Below, one piece after another: positions 1 through 13,172 of a DNA stretch of 64,000 bases. Positions within the stretch are counted from its first letter, which is position 1. Each line of letters begins with the position of its first letter. The stretch comes from Tricharina praecox (Eukaryota). Where the stretch lies: contig NW_026250412.1 of the NCBI RefSeq assembly GCF_024521635.1, forward strand, positions 682,001 through 746,000. The letters run 5' to 3'. The notes under the pieces are model-generated. The model saw nothing but the letters and a program-made list of their open reading frames with translations. It ran no database searches and had not been told where the DNA came from. The translations under genes and the position numbers were made by a program.

Positions 1-271
1 GCTGCTCCTGGCCCGAGGCGACGTGGAAGCGGACTCGAAGGACACCAGGGGCCGGACACCGCTATCGTGGGCGGCCGAAAGCGGGCACGACACGGTGGTG
101 AAGTTGCTCCTGGCCCGAGGCGACGTGGAAGCGGACTCGAAGGACACCAATGGCCAGACACCGCTATCGTGGGCAGCCAGACGTGGACATAAGGAGGTGG
201 TACAGCTGCTCCTGGTCCGAGACGACGTGGAAGCGGACTCGAATGACACCGGGGGCCGGACACCGCTATAG
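1..271 (+). CDS. Ankyrin-repeat protein, 3' fragment (5' end outside the window); possibly the C-terminus of a fungal NLR-like NACHT-ANK protein
   Basis: Near-identical 102-bp/34-aa repeats (GRTPLSWAAESGHDTVVKLLLARGDVEADSKD; GQTPLSWAARRGHKEVVQLLL). The frame is open from the window edge to TAG 269-271. Confidence 0.85.
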   Translation, partial: LLLARGDVEADSKDTRGRTPLSWAAESGHDTVVKLLLARGDVEADSKDTNGQTPLSWAARRGHKEVVQLLLVRDDVEADSNDTGGRTPL

Positions 272-2026
272 TGAGCGGTCGCGAGCGGGCACCAAAGGGT
301 GGCGCAGATGCTCCATTAGCTCTACTCCCACTCGTAACAGCACACTACGTTGCTAGACTACTTGCGTATCATGCTTAGCACTTAGATGTCATAGGTTCTC
401 CGACTCTGTGATTATTGGCAAGCAGACATTCGTCAATATCGAGTTCACCGTTTTTTTTTGTGTCCTGCATTCTTGCAAACCCGATACTGTATATTTTTAA
501 ACAAAGGCATTAATTACATTAGCAATTACACCCCAGGTTACATATGGAATTATAACTCCAATTGATCAGCCAGCCCAAAGCATGTAGTCAGATTGAACTC
601 TTCTCCGTGATTTTCTATTGGTGATTCTCTTTTCAAGTTCTGGTAACATTCCTTAATGCGAGTGGGGCGACGAGCTTTCCCGATGATGCGAATCTAGCCC
701 ACGTTTGGCCCATTGGGGGCTCAACCTTGAGCTGAACAATCATTTTAAAGGCCGGAAATACTTCGCCATATTTCCGCTATGTACCGCGGGCTCTATGCAA
801 TGCTCATAAGTTGGCCTTTCCTATGAGTGGTCACAGCTCCCTCGACGTCGTATATTTTGGTCTTGAATTTGATTAATATTTTTTGAACCGCCACAACTAG
901 GGCAATACTAAACTGCCTTTGATGACCGGAGGCTGTTCGAAGAGCTCCAAAAAGCTAATGTTTTGGCGGCCATGAGAAATGTCCTTAAAGTTTTGACATT
1001 CTCAGGAAGATCATTTTCCGCAGCTTGACGGCATTTCCTTCCCCGGCCTCGTTACTCCAGCATGGGAACGCCTAAAATTGACGCCGGAATCATCTTGTTT
1101 TTTTCCCACCGAGACATCAACTTTAATCCGTTCAAACCTTGGTTTCAGCCATGTGGTTGCCGAGTTGTGGACGCACTTATGTACGTTCAGAATCGGCCGG
1201 AAAAGCCCAGATGAGCGTTTCTATGGTACAATGCTTGAGATAGGTACTTACCGAAGTACTGATTTACTGGGCCACCAACTCATTTGTGTCAGATGGTATC
1301 CTCGTGTGTCGGGGCAATAGTAGAGCAACAGACGAGTTCTACATACCTATGGCTTCTATATACGGCTTTCGTTTGTTTCGGTTACCACCTAGTATTCATT
1401 TGAAGGGTCGCTGGCGAGCTGGCGCCGTAAGCTGGTATATTTATTCGGAGCAAATTTTGTAAATCCAACCCAGACCCACGAAAAATGTACAGTATCCAAT
1501 TATACACGTAAGTTAGGTATAGAAAACTGATTCACAACTTCGTGGGGGGGTGTATGCATTCGCTGGAAGTGGTCAGTGTGGGAACCGGGCCCAGTACATT
1601 CTACCAGTGCTTTCGGCTCTGCCGGACTCGTTGCTTTCGGCCTTCAGAGATATTCGCTCTTGGTTACTTTTGTCCGTCATTGCGTCTATTTCCAGCTGGC
1701 TATAGAATGGATGGGGCAAGTGTCGATACGATGATCTTCGGTGGACCGAGTGCCAGATGTCGACTCGGGGTGGCGGGAACTTGTAGGCTTTTGAGCCAGC
1801 CATGGTATGTATTGTACATACTTCACGGGCTTGAAAGTTGTACATACATTTTTCGAGTGATGGTGATATGATGATTCACCTTTTGCCGCTGGCTGTTTTG
1901 AACCTCGGACGAGTGAGAATTCACATCATTTAAGTATGGTACCTACACCCGCATCCAGTTGGATCGAATCGATATGTTAATTCGGCCGACCAAGTACCCG
2001 TAGAATAGTATATACTCTACCTATTG

Positions 2027-2281
2027 TGTTGTCTGCCACCACCATGAAAGGAGCAAGTAGGATAGATAGAGGATCAGATAAGATAGGAGGAGGGACTAGT
2101 CGGATCGGTGAATCCGAATGGTAGTGATAGCCGGACTAGCTGAATCGGGTGGCACCGAACGGTGAGGTAGCAGCAGAGGAGAGCCACATAAGATGGCTCT
2201 TCGAAGTTGAATAGAACCTCAACTTCTCCATCATCCTTCGTTTTCGCCGTTCCCTTCCAGAGCTATGTTATATTGGCAACA
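2027..2281. mobile_element. Possible solo LTR (~255 bp)
   Basis: Segment bounded by TGTTGTC...GGCAACA (TG...CA with short inverted termini). No clean target-site duplication. Confidence 0.3.
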
Positions 2282-4820
2282 CTCATACTCACATCATAGG
2301 ACCAACAAGACTGGCAATAGCTACTAACTAGTGCTGACGCATAGTCTTCGCGTCTCCGGACATCGGTCATTAGCTTCCGGCTTCTGGGTTTGAAGTTTGA
2401 AGTTTGAGCTTGAATCACTTTCGGCTACATTCGAGCTACGTATCTTCGGGAACTGGGAATGATCGTGTGTATACTCACTCTGAATATCCATCCAGGTACA
2501 CTCCACCCAGGTCCACAACTCGGCTCGACGTATCGATCTATATACTTCTTGCTTCTTGCGCCTCTACTCCACGCTAGGTACTATGGGTAGGTATACTCTA
2601 CAGCTGAAGCCCGAAACAGGCTCGATCCTGCCCGTCGCCGATTCTACAGCCCATCCACAGCCCGTCCGCCTGTAGCTGTCTACTACCTAGTACAATAGCC
2701 GTTGATTGTACCTATGTGCTCGTGTACCAGGAGCTACCTATGTACCTGCGCCACACGGCAGGGGTCGAACGAACTTCGAAGATGGATGGATGGATCGAGT
2801 GATATTCTATGCACGCCTCCCCCGCCCTCCGCTCCCCGCCCGCCTGATCCACTTCCTCAAGTACTCTGTGTAAAGTACATCGCCCCAGAGTCTTTGCCTT
2901 TTTTCTTCCCGACTCCATCCACCCTTCTCCCTCTCCCTGGAATCTCCCTCCCCGCAGCCTCCCCGTCTCCTCCCCGCAGCCTCCACCGGCAGCCTCCACC
3001 CTTCCCTCGCCCGCTGCCTCGATGGCAGCCTCACCCGTAGCCCCACTCGCAGCCCCACCCTCTAACTACAGCCGCGCCAACCGCTCACCGCCTACCACAA
3101 AGCAGCCACCAACGTAGCCGCCAGACACGTCAAGTCCATGCGAGCTTGCCTTCGAGCTTTACATGCGAGCTTGCAAGCTTAGATGCAAGCATGCGTGCAC
3201 AGACCCCCCCCTCCCTGCCATCCAGCGCATCCACTACCCGTAGCCACCTAACTAGCCGCCTCGCAAGTACCGTCCGTCCTACGAGATCACCGCCCGCCGT
3301 CAGGCCTCACCGTCGCCAACCAGTTAGTGACAACCACACTTGCCACTTGCCACTTGCCACATCACCGCACCGGCTAGAGCGACTATGTAACTAACGCAGC
3401 GCGGTGCGGTGCGGTGTTCTCATCTGATATCACTGGGTGAGCGGTCATCGCTTTCCCCTCCCCTCCCCTCCCCTGAGTCCCCTCCCTCGCTGCCTGCGTG
3501 CTCTAAGTACCCCACGTCTAGTTTGCAACGTTGGGTAGCGGTAGCGTAGAGGGGATTATCTACTATACATATCTACTAGATATATGTAGGATCCACTGAT
3601 CCAGCATTGGGTACCGGTAGCGTTAGCGGTAGTTAGCGGTAGCGTAGAGGAGAATAGGAACATTGGGGTATGATATGTATGATATGTTCCTGGAGCACCT
3701 AGGTAGTTAGCGGGTACAAACGAGCCGGACTTGACACTGTCACTGTCACTGTCACGCAAATGAAGCTCGCTCCCTCCCTCCCGCCCGCCCGCACCGCACA
3801 CACGCACCGCAAGTGCAAGTGCAAGTCCAACACAACACAACCATCCTTCAGATTCAGCTAAGAAGTAAAGGCCATTGTGTCCCCCGCTGTCCCCCCCCCG
3901 CCATTCACCTCCCCTCCCCTCCACCCCACCCGCCGCCGCCGCCGTCAAACCACGCAAGGCAAGTCTTCCCGCACCAGTAAAGACCGGAAATCCTCCCTCC
4001 TCGCACCTCCCTCCCCCCTTCCCCCCTCCACACCCACACACACACACACCGCTACAAAAAAAAGGGAACGACACGACACCCCGCCCCCAGGATGCCTCAT
4101 CTCACGGACAGAAAGTTCAACTGAATGACTCCGTCCGGCGTTCTCCCCCTCTTCTCTGCCCGCCGTCCACCGCCCACCGGCCCACCTCGAGCTCCCCTAG
4201 CTTCTTAGGCTTTTCGGATTTTATCTCTTTTTTTGGCGTATGCGAGGACTAGATTGGTCCCCCGAGAGTACCTAGTGGCCCGTGGCCACAGACTGGTTGG
4301 GCCACTGATGGTGATGATCCAGAAGAAAGAAGAAGAAAAAAAGAAGAAAAAAACGAGTGGAGAGAGATATTAAACAAGAATAACAAGAGATGCGAAGAGC
4401 AATATGAACAGAGGAACAAAAGTGGTATCCAAAGGGGGGGGGGAGGGGGGTGGGTCAAATCTGTTGAAGACGCATGCGATAGCAACGCAGAGGCGCCAAA
4501 AAGAAAACAGATACTAAAAATGGTATATGAAGGAAGGCAAGAAACGAAATCAAAACAAATCGGGATATAAGGACACATGAAACAAACGCCGATAAGTCGA
4601 GCACCCACCCGATAGCTGTAGCCTTCAAAGGAACCCCTCGAAACAAAACAAAAAAGAGACCACACGCCCAACCACTGTATGCAAGCAAGAGACGGAAGGA
4701 ATAGGAACGAAACCCCCACCAATGTATCATAAGGACCCAATTGCAGCAAAGAAATTCCCAACGACGGAAGCAAACCCAAAGACCTCCCTCCAAAAAAGAA
4801 CCCAAAACGCCACGTGTGCT

Positions 4821-5888
4821 TCAAACAGAACTGAGCTTGACCAAAGCCTCTACCGCCTCTCTCTCTTCCCTCGCCCGCTTCTGCTCCGCGGTTTCGATGA
4901 AGATCGCCTTATGCCGGTGGGCAATGAACCCGGATGCCGGTGATTGGGCGTAGCTGTCCCAACCATCCGAGGTTATGGGTGACCCCCCTTGTCGCCGAAG
5001 AGCCGCTGCCCCCATCTGCGCCCAATCTTCCTCGTCGGTCATGTCATCGTCCTCCGAAGAGTCGGCAGACACCGACATAGCGTCGGCCATGTCGACATCT
5101 TCATTGTGGGGTCCCTCTTCCTCCGACTGATGGAATATCCCCGACTCGGTGTAGCTTCCCGTCTGGACCATGCCCGATGAATCCGTGGGGGAAGCCGACA
5201 GATCAGCCTTCTCGAACCTGATTGCCGACAGCGGGGGCGAAATCGGCGCGGCAGGGCGTTCCCGTGGCGGGTCACCCTTCATCCTCGCATCCCACCGTCC
5301 CCAGCCAATCTTCTCAAAGATGACATCTCCATCGACGCCACCCACCTCTCCCATCACGCCGCTGGCCCCACCCTTCCCCTCCAAAGCCCCAACCACGATC
5401 CTCCGCTGTTTCGCTGGTGGTATCGAGCTGAATCCCGGCAACGAAGCAATGAGGTACGCAGTAATGTGGCGGATCGCCAGGGGCCCATGCTGTAGCAAGA
5501 TGCCCGGCAGGTGGTGCTTCGCAAGCAATGCGGACGAGATGGCGCTCGAGGTTTCGGCTAGGAGGTGGAACATGGGCGTTGTGCCCTCGTCGGAGGCTTT
5601 CGCCTCAACAACATTGACGCCGCCAAGATGATCGACTCCGGAGCCGGGTTTGCGAGGATAGTGGACGGCGTGGGACGAACCGTGGATCGACGTCCCTGGA
5701 GTCGCCGTCGCATGGGTGTTCAGCACATGCTGAAGCTCAGGAGAGATGTTGAGATTGCGGTCGGTCACGGTGGTGGCGGCGGCGTCGTAGCCACGAAGGT
5801 GGCCGTTGGGAATAGCGACGCCCTGAGACTTCATCTTGACCGCCAGGGCGGCAGCCTCGAAGACGGCGGCGGTGAGTTGAGAAGCCAT
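4821..5888 (-). CDS. STB3: Sin3-binding / RRPE-binding transcription regulator, Stb3 family
   Basis: Single-exon 355-aa ORF with Stb3-domain motif LAKHHLPGILLQHGPLAIRHITAYLIASLPGFSSIPPAKQRRIVVGALE...FEKIGWGRW, the motif TDEEDWAQMGAAALR and C-terminal EREAVEALVKLSSV. Confidence 0.85.
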   Translation of the reverse strand: MASQLTAAVFEAAALAVKMKSQGVAIPNGHLRGYDAAATTVTDRNLNISPELQHVLNTHATATPGTSIHGSSHAVHYPRKPGSGVDHLGGVNVVEAKASDEGTTPMFHLLAETSSAISSALLAKHHLPGILLQHGPLAIRHITAYLIASLPGFSSIPPAKQRRIVVGALEGKGGASGVMGEVGGVDGDVIFEKIGWGRWDARMKGDPPRERPAAPISPPLSAIRFEKADLSASPTDSSGMVQTGSYTESGIFHQSEEEGPHNEDVDMADAMSVSADSSEDDDMTDEEDWAQMGAAALRRQGGSPITSDGWDSYAQSPASGFIAHRHKAIFIETAEQKRAREEREAVEALVKLSSV

Positions 5889-5914
5889 GATTGCGGTTTC
5901 TTTTCAGAGGATGT

Positions 5915-6070
5915 TGTTGGTGGTGGTGGTAGTGGTAATAGTGGTGGTGGTAGTGGTAATAGTGGTGGTGGTAGTGGTAATAGTGGTGGTGGTAGTGGTA
6001 ATAGTGGTGGTGGTAGTGGTAATAGTGGTGGTTGTAGTGGTGGTGGTTGTAGTGGTTATAGTAGTAGCGG
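5915..6070. repeat. 21-bp GTG/GTA-rich tandem repeat (GTGGTGGTAGTGGTAATAGTG-like, ~5-6 copies) in the Stb3 5' leader
   Basis: Directly visible tandem units. Confidence 0.9.
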
Positions 6071-9000
6071 TAGAGGAGGACGAGGACGAGGGCGAGGAGG
6101 AGGCGGGAAACGGGAGAGGCTTTGAGCTACAGGGATTTGCTTTGTACTGGAAGAGAACCCGAGAAAGCGAGTCAGCAGATGCGCGCGCAAACGGGCCTTT
6201 GATGTGAAGCCAATAAGACTGCTGCTGCAGTACGTAGCAACAACATGGCAAGGAGAGAGAGCTCGAGTCCGACGACAACAAGGGAAATTATTTGGGGACT
6301 TTTGCCGAAGCGCGGTCGCGGTCGTCGGATGAGTAGAGGGTAGTGGTTGTTACTCACATCGGGGGCTAGCGAGTCGCGACGAAGAGTGAACTTGTCGGGG
6401 ACGGATGATAGCGTGTCGCTTCGGAGGTTGAATAGTAGATAGGGTACAGAGTAATAGGGCAACAAAATATGCTCGACGAAAGCTCTTTTGTATGCGTCCT
6501 TGCTGTCTGACGTACTTGAGGTAGGTATTGATAGGTGTGTATTATTGTGCCGGGGGGTGGTGGGTGGGGGGGACGGGAGAGGGGGGGTGGGGGAAGAGAA
6601 GAAGAAGAGAAGAAGAAGAAGAAGAAGAAGGAGAAGAAGAAGGGAAGGCGAAGAGGAAGAGGTGAGAGCGTACGCTACGGTACGGGTCACCAAGTCAGGA
6701 GTTAAGCTTCCCGAGCTGGCACCTCCCATGGCATAATCCAAAAGTCCTGGGGGTGTGTGAGAAAGACAGGACAGCAGCACCCACAGACGAACCAGATGGA
6801 TGCATCCCGCGGGTGTGCTCGTCCCCCGATTGGCCGGTGCCGCACAGTAAATGAGCAGTCGTCGTCGACGACGACTCGTTGGAGCAGGGCAGGGCAGGGC
6901 AGGGGGGCGAAGGGGGGACACTCAACCAACGCAGTTTTCGAGTTGGAACTCCACCGAATATCCCCGCGGCCAAGGAACCAACGCACTCTCTCGTTCTTCT
7001 CTCCACTCTCACTCTCACTTCTCACTCGCCAGCAGAGCTCTCGGAAGTCGGTTTGCGGCCTTTTCTGTTGCCGGGACGTGGGTGGGTAAGTAGTGTACTT
7101 GGGCATGTAGACTATCTCCTTCGCCTGTACATATGCTACATTATTAGCTGTGGGCCAGGGCACCAAAGATGCGACGGCGTGGGCCGTGTGGGCTAGGATA
7201 TAACTACACAACTAGTTTGTGGGTTACCGGTACCGTAGAGAAGGTAGCTGGACTGTCGTTTGGAAGTCCCCAGAGCGGCGTGGAGCAACCTGCTAGATAC
7301 TCTAGTATACATACCGTAGAGCCCTTCGCCCGGCAGCAGCTGCAGTGCTGTTGTCGTGGTATGTACATACGCATAACCAAGTACTCAGCACTCGCGATCC
7401 CCACAACAAGCGCGGGAGAGTTCGGGCGGGCGCGAGAAAAAGCCGGGCAGGACTCAGGACTGAGGAGAGGGAGGTGTTTGGTGTGGGCCCCATACTCTAT
7501 GTAGTTGCTATATTGGCGGGCGCTCATCGTCCGTGGGGCATCATCAGCACCGGGTGGAACACCTGGAACACCATGGGGAAGCCCAACGAAAGGAAAAGAA
7601 AAGCAAAGAAAGAAAACTCCTCGATGAGGATATTAAAGTGATGGGGATATTAAAGTGATGTGATGCGATGTGGCTTCCGTAGGTAAGAAGTAGTGACGGA
7701 ATTGCAGCAGATGGGCTAAACGGAAACCAATCTGAATACACGTCGCATCCTCCTCCTCTTCCTCCTCATCGAATCGACAGCGGTCGCTTTCACCAAGTTC
7801 TAACTACCACCTATAGGTATCCGTGAAGCCCGACGGGGTGGTGCTTGCGCCTACGTGGGAGCCTCGACGAACACCCATCGTCTTAATTACCGCCACAGAA
7901 CGAGCGTGGAGATAACACGACCACCAGGAAGAAAAAAGCAGTCGCAGAGGATGCCGACATGTCGACCACGGCTGCAAGGCCGTACCGCTATTCCTGTTGA
8001 AAGGGGGGAGGGGGCGGCGGGCGATAAGTATGATAAAGATATCGAGAGTATGTACTCTGCATAGCGTTCATGCACTCTTCTATCTCTCCCGAGCAGCAGT
8101 TTCCCGGGCGTCTTTCTTTCGTTGTGTTGTGACAAGCGGAATGGCCCCAGCAAAGCCTTGCCGAGCCTCCGATTGTCCGACAAGGAATCGACGAGTGATG
8201 CTCTGTGGGTTGCCCTCGCAAATAGACCGTGGTCTATCATAGAGCCCAAGTACACGGCCGGGGGAAAAAGCTCAAGAAGAAAATGAGCGGGTGCATAGCC
8301 TCAAGCTGCTCAAGCTTCTCAAGCTTATATTCTCAAGCGTCGTCACCATCTGTACAGCTCGAGTATGGTATCATACATGGAACGTATTGGTATTGTTGGT
8401 GAACCAATCCAACAGCCTGGGAACGACGTAGATGAGTATTGAGGCCTGTGTCTGCTGCCAATACAGCAAGAGCTATAGCAATCATTCAGGGTCTGACCAA
8501 GGATCCGAAGTTACTTAGGGTCGAGTTATGATATGTACCAATGTAACCACTTCCAGTGATCAGCCACCGTCATCTCTCGGCGACCCTTGATTCCCCTTTC
8601 CCCTCCGTGTAGGCCCTGCACAGGAGGGCTGAATGCGTCATGTATGTAGGTATATCAGGGTCTACAGCCGGGGCTGCGGTGGTTTCAACCTTCAACCTTT
8701 GTCGTCTGTAACTAGGGCGGAGCAATGGTGATGGCATTCATCGACCCATAACCCTCCAGGTACTGACAGTGTTCCCCGCCGGCAACTAACTAGCCGCACG
8801 GCATCCGCATTCCCCCATCGCCCTCCTCATCATCGAGCACTGCACAGCCTGCAGACATCGCTGCGTAGATTACCCCCTTCGACTGGCTCATCCAAATTCC
8901 AATCAGTCCCTCGCCATCTCGCACGGGGTGCAGCCCCGCCCCGCCCCGCCCCGCCCCACCCCGCCGTTCTTCTCGCAGAGCTTGAGCAGCTGCAGCCTCC

Positions 9001-11750
9001 AGCCCGAGTTGCCGCGCATGAATCCAAGCCCCGGCGGCGGCGGCGATCGCTGATTCCCTCGAGTCCCTACATAACTAGTTATATCGGACGAGCTCGAACG
9101 GTGCACCAATGAAATCCTCCATCCCAGACACTCATCACCCCCCCCCCCCCCGCCGCTGGATCGTGGGATCGCCGCTTCGTTTCGCAGGAGGGAAGGAAGG
9201 AAGGAAGGAAGCGTCGACTCCGCGCGCGCGCGCGATTGATCACTGATCATCGCTTCCTGGAACACGTGTGGAGGGGAGGGGAGGGACCGGTTCCCACCAC
9301 CACCACCACCACCACCACTGCAACGGCGCCGTATGTAGGGTGGGTGCGTGGGTGCGTGGGTGGGTAGACGCTAACTACCGTACGTTCGTCACACCTTTTG
9401 ACGTTGGATGCTGGAGAACCAGACATGAGGACGGCTGGCCGTGGTTGGTTGGTGGGGGTGCGGGATATGCATGGAAACAGTTATCGAACGGGATGTCTCG
9501 ACGGGGCTGGGGCTCCTATCTTACCCCCCCCCCCCCCCCCCCCCCCTCCCCACACACATAAGGCTCCGGCCCGGTAGAGTCGGCGAGTTGGTCGGCTTCA
9601 GACCCAGGTTCCCCGGTTTGTGAAACCCACAACCATCATAGTAGTACATATGGCCGTACATACTATACATACGACGGAATCATTTCCGGCACAGCAACGC
9701 TCAACCCCATCGGCCACCACGACCCGAAGTCGTATCACTGCGCAGCTGCGAATCGCACTCGCGGGACGTAAACCCTCAAGGCGGGCCCAAGAGACGCCCG
9801 AGGCGAAGGTTGTTGTGTTGCATGCGGCGTGCAAGTCGTCGGGTTCATCCCTGCTATCATAGATACATAACTCATAGCAGAGTATGTACTTGGAGCTGCC
9901 AATAAGTGGTGCCTCACCACCATTACGAATTATAAGCACTAGTCTATATTAGTAGCGCACTAAGCCAGATACAATCAAATGAGTGAGTGGTTGTAACTAA
10001 GTTGTATGGAAGAAAAACGCTAAGTTGTATGGGGAAAAGACTGGTGAGGCAGCACTTACCCTTACACCCGTGTACATAGGATGTAGGTAGGCGATAACCA
10101 CGCGGCTGACTAACCCCGCACGCTTCCACCAATCAAATGCTGTATTCCGCGCACTCATGCCACTAGTTACCGTACGTACCCAAGCTCATCCCGAGCTCAT
10201 CCCCAGACCAAGCTGCCCGCGCCGGCGCCGTTGAGAACCGGTCCTCTCCGCACGTGTTTTAGGGTTCTCCATAATTAGCATCCCCCGCTTCGAGTCTTCG
10301 ACGACCCCCCCCCCACACACACCATCATAGGCGCTATGCGATACATAGACACCAAAACATTTCCCCGCACTCCGTGTGTGTGTGTGTGTGTGTGTGGGCT
10401 GGGCGGACCTCGAAAAGTTCGTTTCGTTTCGTTTCGTGACTTTCATTTCTGGCGGGGGTTCTTTGTGTGTGGGGCATGGGTGCGGGTGGTATGTACCATG
10501 AGGTATATGTAGTGGAGGTAGGTAGTTTGCTCTGCTCCGATCCTCGGAGGCAGGCGGATATCGTGTCCGCTCACGGTTATGTATAGGTATGGTATGGACC
10601 TACGGGCGTGCATGTGATGCATGCCGTTAGGAAACGACGACGACGTCGTCGTCGTCGTCATCATCGCGCGGGTGTGTAGGTACGGTACATAGTAAGGAAA
10701 AATGGGATTCCTTCCGAGGTCATGCTTGTCCGCTCCATCACGTCAGCGACATTCAGCTGAGATTAGATTCAGCTGAGGTTCATCATCGAGACGGCGGCGG
10801 CAGCCTGGTCGTGGAAGTTCGAGTCCGTTTCGGACCTTCTTCGGGAATTTCGTGGAGGGGCTGAGTGATCTGTCGTGTTGTGCGGATGGCCTCGTCGCTA
10901 TTATGTAGGCTCGCCGTTTGTGACTCGATAATAGTACTTGGAGTTGGAGCTCGGTGCTTCTGCCTTCGAGAGTATTGTTGGTTGAGATGAGCCATAATAG
11001 GTACTTACTAGTTGGTGTCATAATGTTCTATTCGGTCTCAGAAACTCACTCGCTCGCAGGCGGCCAGATCCCAGATTCCAAGTTTCCAAGTGAGGAATTC
11101 ACTCTTGTGCTGCGGTACGCTTCCAAGCCGTATGTACAATATTTACCAGTACTTACGTCTCCAAGCCTGCAGCTTCTTATTTCCCTAGGCGGCGAGGCCA
11201 GGCTTTCGTAGGATCAGTTCCTAAGCCTCCAGTAGTACTACCGCACGGATATCAATGCAGCAGTCTTGGGAGAATACAGATTTAATTTGGTATTTGTTTT
11301 TTCCCTACAGTCTCAATTCTACAGTATCGAATAAATTATACGCAGTGTTGTAAAGATACGCCTCCTCAAACGCCGGAAGGCCTACCGCAGTTCTTCCGAA
11401 TGTAAAATATTACGCACTGTCCAGCGTACCAGAGGACTACCGGAGAAATACCGGAGAACTACCGGAGTACATACTAGATACCTAATTCGCACAACAACGT
11501 ACCTAGTGCAGAGAACACGTTGTCATTCTAATCACGTAGGTAGTTCCTAGACTGCAGTCAAACTATGACGACGAGATTCCTACGGAAAAAAGGCTGTGCT
11601 GAGCAGAATGCTCCGGTCACTGAATCCAAACCCTCCAACAGTTAGTCAGTTGAAATGGGAACACTGGTTGAAACAGTTCAGTTTTGGTTGATTTTGTATG
11701 AACTTGCAGTTCAGTCAGGGGAGGGAAAGTGGGCGAGATAGGGTCCTATT

Positions 11751-11897
11751 GTCACGGAAAAAGCGATAGAAAATGGGTTCATTATGCATACTATCTTTGA
11801 ATGGTCACGGAAAGAGCAATACAAGATGGGTACAGTACTAGTTTTAAATGGTCACAGAAAGAGCGATAGAAGATGTTAACAGTACTAACTTTGAATT
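11751..11897. repeat. Three degenerate ~47-53 bp tandem repeats (GTCACGGAAAGAGCGATAGAAGATGG...)
   Basis: Units begin at about 11751, 11804 and 11851. Confidence 0.75.
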
Positions 11898-13085
11898 CCT
11901 ACTCTGATGCCACCTATTCATGATAGGAGTACGGTGATTGAACCTCTTGATGCTTCCCAGAGCTTTAACACTCTCCACACCTAGCGAATGCCGACGATCA
12001 GTCGGAATCATCTTGCACTCGGAGAACAGCCGTTAGGAAACGACGTTGCTGCGGCGGTTCCAGCCACCATTCGTTCGCGGCAGGACTGTTTCAAACATTC
12101 CTCTCGACAGGCAATGATCAATAGGCCTGGAGCTCGTCAACTGGCGCCATCCTACTTGGTGGTTGGCCGGTGGGTTGGTGGTGGCAGCGGGTTTCTCCTA
12201 AATTTTTAAGCCTCACTAAACTATTGGGCCAAGCAGTTTTCCCAGTTCAAAACCTGGCAGTTGGTTCGGTTTGCCAGTTGGTTCAGTTCACTACCCCCCA
12301 ATAGCTGGTTGGTCCGAGAATACCCCCAGTTTGTTCCCAGTTCGAATTGTTGGAGGTTTTGTCTATCAGCGAGAGGAGGAAGTGTGAGCGAGAGGAGGAG
12401 CTGTCGGCGAGAGGAAGTGTGTAAACTTCTCTCGACCCCACCGCCGGGCTGAATGAGTGTTGGTAAAGGAGTCGTCCGCAAATCCGTTGTGCTACTGCAT
12501 CTACCAAGCCCATGATACTCCAGAAGATCGCATTGTAAGGACCCTAAGGTACTGGTAAGCACTGATTTCCGCAAGCACGGAAGTCTTTCAGTAGTGATAC
12601 CGCAGCCATCCGGTCAAGATCACGTAGTACTGCCGAAGTTGACCGAATATGCAGTTTTGTATACAGAAAGAACCTACAACTACACGCTTGATATAAGTAC
12701 GCAGTGCATTGCAACACTGTAGAACTCTCGCTGTCTGTAGATGACGCATTGCCTTTCAATACGTGATGTGAGAAAGACGGTACGGCTTCTGTCATGTAAA
12801 TATGTGTTCTTTAGACGTTTCTGAAAGTAGGCATACGTATTGAACAAAAATCTGGTCGTTTTTCAGTATTCAAAGGACCGCGGTATTCTTCCCGTATCAA
12901 TCGCACCCCACTTCTTACTACTTCCTATCCCTTCGCAACCCGCCGACCTCGAACCCGAACCCGTTCTTCCAAGCCTCCGAATCCAAGCTTGCTCTCTCTC
13001 AACCGACACCCACACGTTCTCATCCAAAGCGTATGTACACCGAAGCCAGGCCTCGTGGTGCACAGCCTCATCTAACTGTGGCTGA

Positions 13086-13172
13086 ATGACCGAGTGACGA
13101 ATGACCGAGTGACCGAGTGACCGAGTGACCGAGTGACCGAGTGACCGAGTGACCGAGTGACCGAGTGACCGA
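13086..13172. repeat. 8-bp tandem repeat (TGACCGAG)n, ~10 copies
   Basis: Directly visible. Confidence 0.95.

Noticed and set aside
560-1320. Possible decayed gene or transposon remnant
   Set aside because: Frames are interrupted by stops and show no identifiable motif.
12863-13063. EREQAWIRRL resembling a GIY-YIG nuclease tail
   Set aside because: No GIY/YIG motifs upstream, and the match is too short.
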